64,000 bases of DNA from an uncultured Chloroflexia bacterium (GTDB lineage Bacteria > Chloroflexota > Limnocylindria > Limnocylindrales > CSP1-4): positions 448,001 to 512,000 of the forward strand of contig CAVRGP010000011.1 in the NCBI GenBank assembly GCA_963720755.1. Reading direction: 5' to 3'. The notes beneath the pieces were generated by a model. The model worked only from the letters and a program-made list of their open reading frames with translations, was not told where the DNA came from and ran no database searches. This document shows, piece by piece, positions 63,490 through 64,000 of this stretch. The translations under genes were made by a program, and so were the position numbers. Each line of letters starts with the position of its first letter. Position 1 is the stretch's first letter.

Positions 63490-64000
63490 ATGACGATCGT
63501 CGAGCCCGAGGCGTCCGCCCGCCCGCCGACCGAGGAGGCGCCGACGGTCGAACCCGACGCCAGCGCCATCTGCCCGTACCTAGCCTCCGCCGACGGGTCG
63601 TGGCGGAGTAGCACCGCCGCTCGCGATCATCGCTGTGGTGCAGTCGCTCCCGCTGCGCCCCTCGCCGTCGAGAAGCAACGCCGTCTCTGCCTGTCCGCTC
63701 GATATACGAGATGCGCGACGTTCGAAGCTGCCCAGGCGAGCCGACCCACCGGTCGGGAGCGCGATCCGCTCCACCGCCGGCCGTTCGCCCGGACGACGCC
63801 GCTCATCCTCGACCGAGGTCGGATCGCGGTCGCCATGCCGGCATTGCGGGCCGATCGACGGTCGGGACAAGCGGTCCTGATCGGACTGCTTGTGGTCGCC
63901 TTCGCCGCGATCGTCCTGGCCAGGCTGACGGGCGGCGGCGTTCCGGGGAGCACCGTGGCCCCATCGCCGGTCGCCGGAAGCATCGCCTCGGCGCTTCCGT
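63490..64000 (+). CDS. membrane-anchored protein with N-terminal Cys/His cluster (runs off window edge)
   Basis: MTIVEPE...ICPYL...DHRC...RLCL...RCATF, then TM AVLIGLLVVAFAAIVLA and a Ser/Pro linker. Confidence 0.7.
   Translation, partial: MTIVEPEASARPPTEEAPTVEPDASAICPYLASADGSWRSSTAARDHRCGAVAPAAPLAVEKQRRLCLSARYTRCATFEAAQASRPTGRERDPLHRRPFARTTPLILDRGRIAVAMPALRADRRSGQAVLIGLLVVAFAAIVLARLTGGGVPGSTVAPSPVAGSIASALP

Overview
High-GC bacterial core-genome window. The 16S/23S sequences, gene content and T-box regulation suggest Chloroflexota, possibly Limnocylindria/Ellin6529-like; this is an inference, not a database result. In order: MFS transporter, degV, Glu dehydrogenase, a Pta-N-like ATPase, an intergenic repeat block, the CoA operon (coaX-coaBC-panB-panC), an M16 peptidase, ndk, an orphan antiporter-like membrane pair, lepB, a K+-independent H+-PPase, uppP, argR, greA, class I lysS and serS. 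Next come a Trp T-box-controlled trp operon with a TrpC-TrpF-TrpB triple fusion and a convergent complete shikimate operon headed by a Phe-Tyr-Phe leader-peptide attenuator. These are followed by a 2.3-kb integrase-less island in tRNA-Ser(GCT), tRNA-Arg(GCG), a PPi-type PFK, a tadA homologue, large SRP RNA, dnaX-ybaB-recR and a full rrn operon. Best leads: (1) the syntenic TadA has lost its catalytic Glu (HAE to HAV, as in eukaryotic ADAT3/Tad3), and the Arg tRNA beside tRNA-Ser(GCT) carries GCG instead of ACG, suggesting a retained, possibly repurposed pseudo-deaminase; (2) a minimal att-flanked element that keeps arm-type repeats and holds a repeat-bounded gene cassette; (3) the aromatic leader peptide MSHTFYFRCPA; (4) the TrpCFB fusion. 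Several starts were trimmed from the ORF track by eye, and family calls come from motif recognition only.
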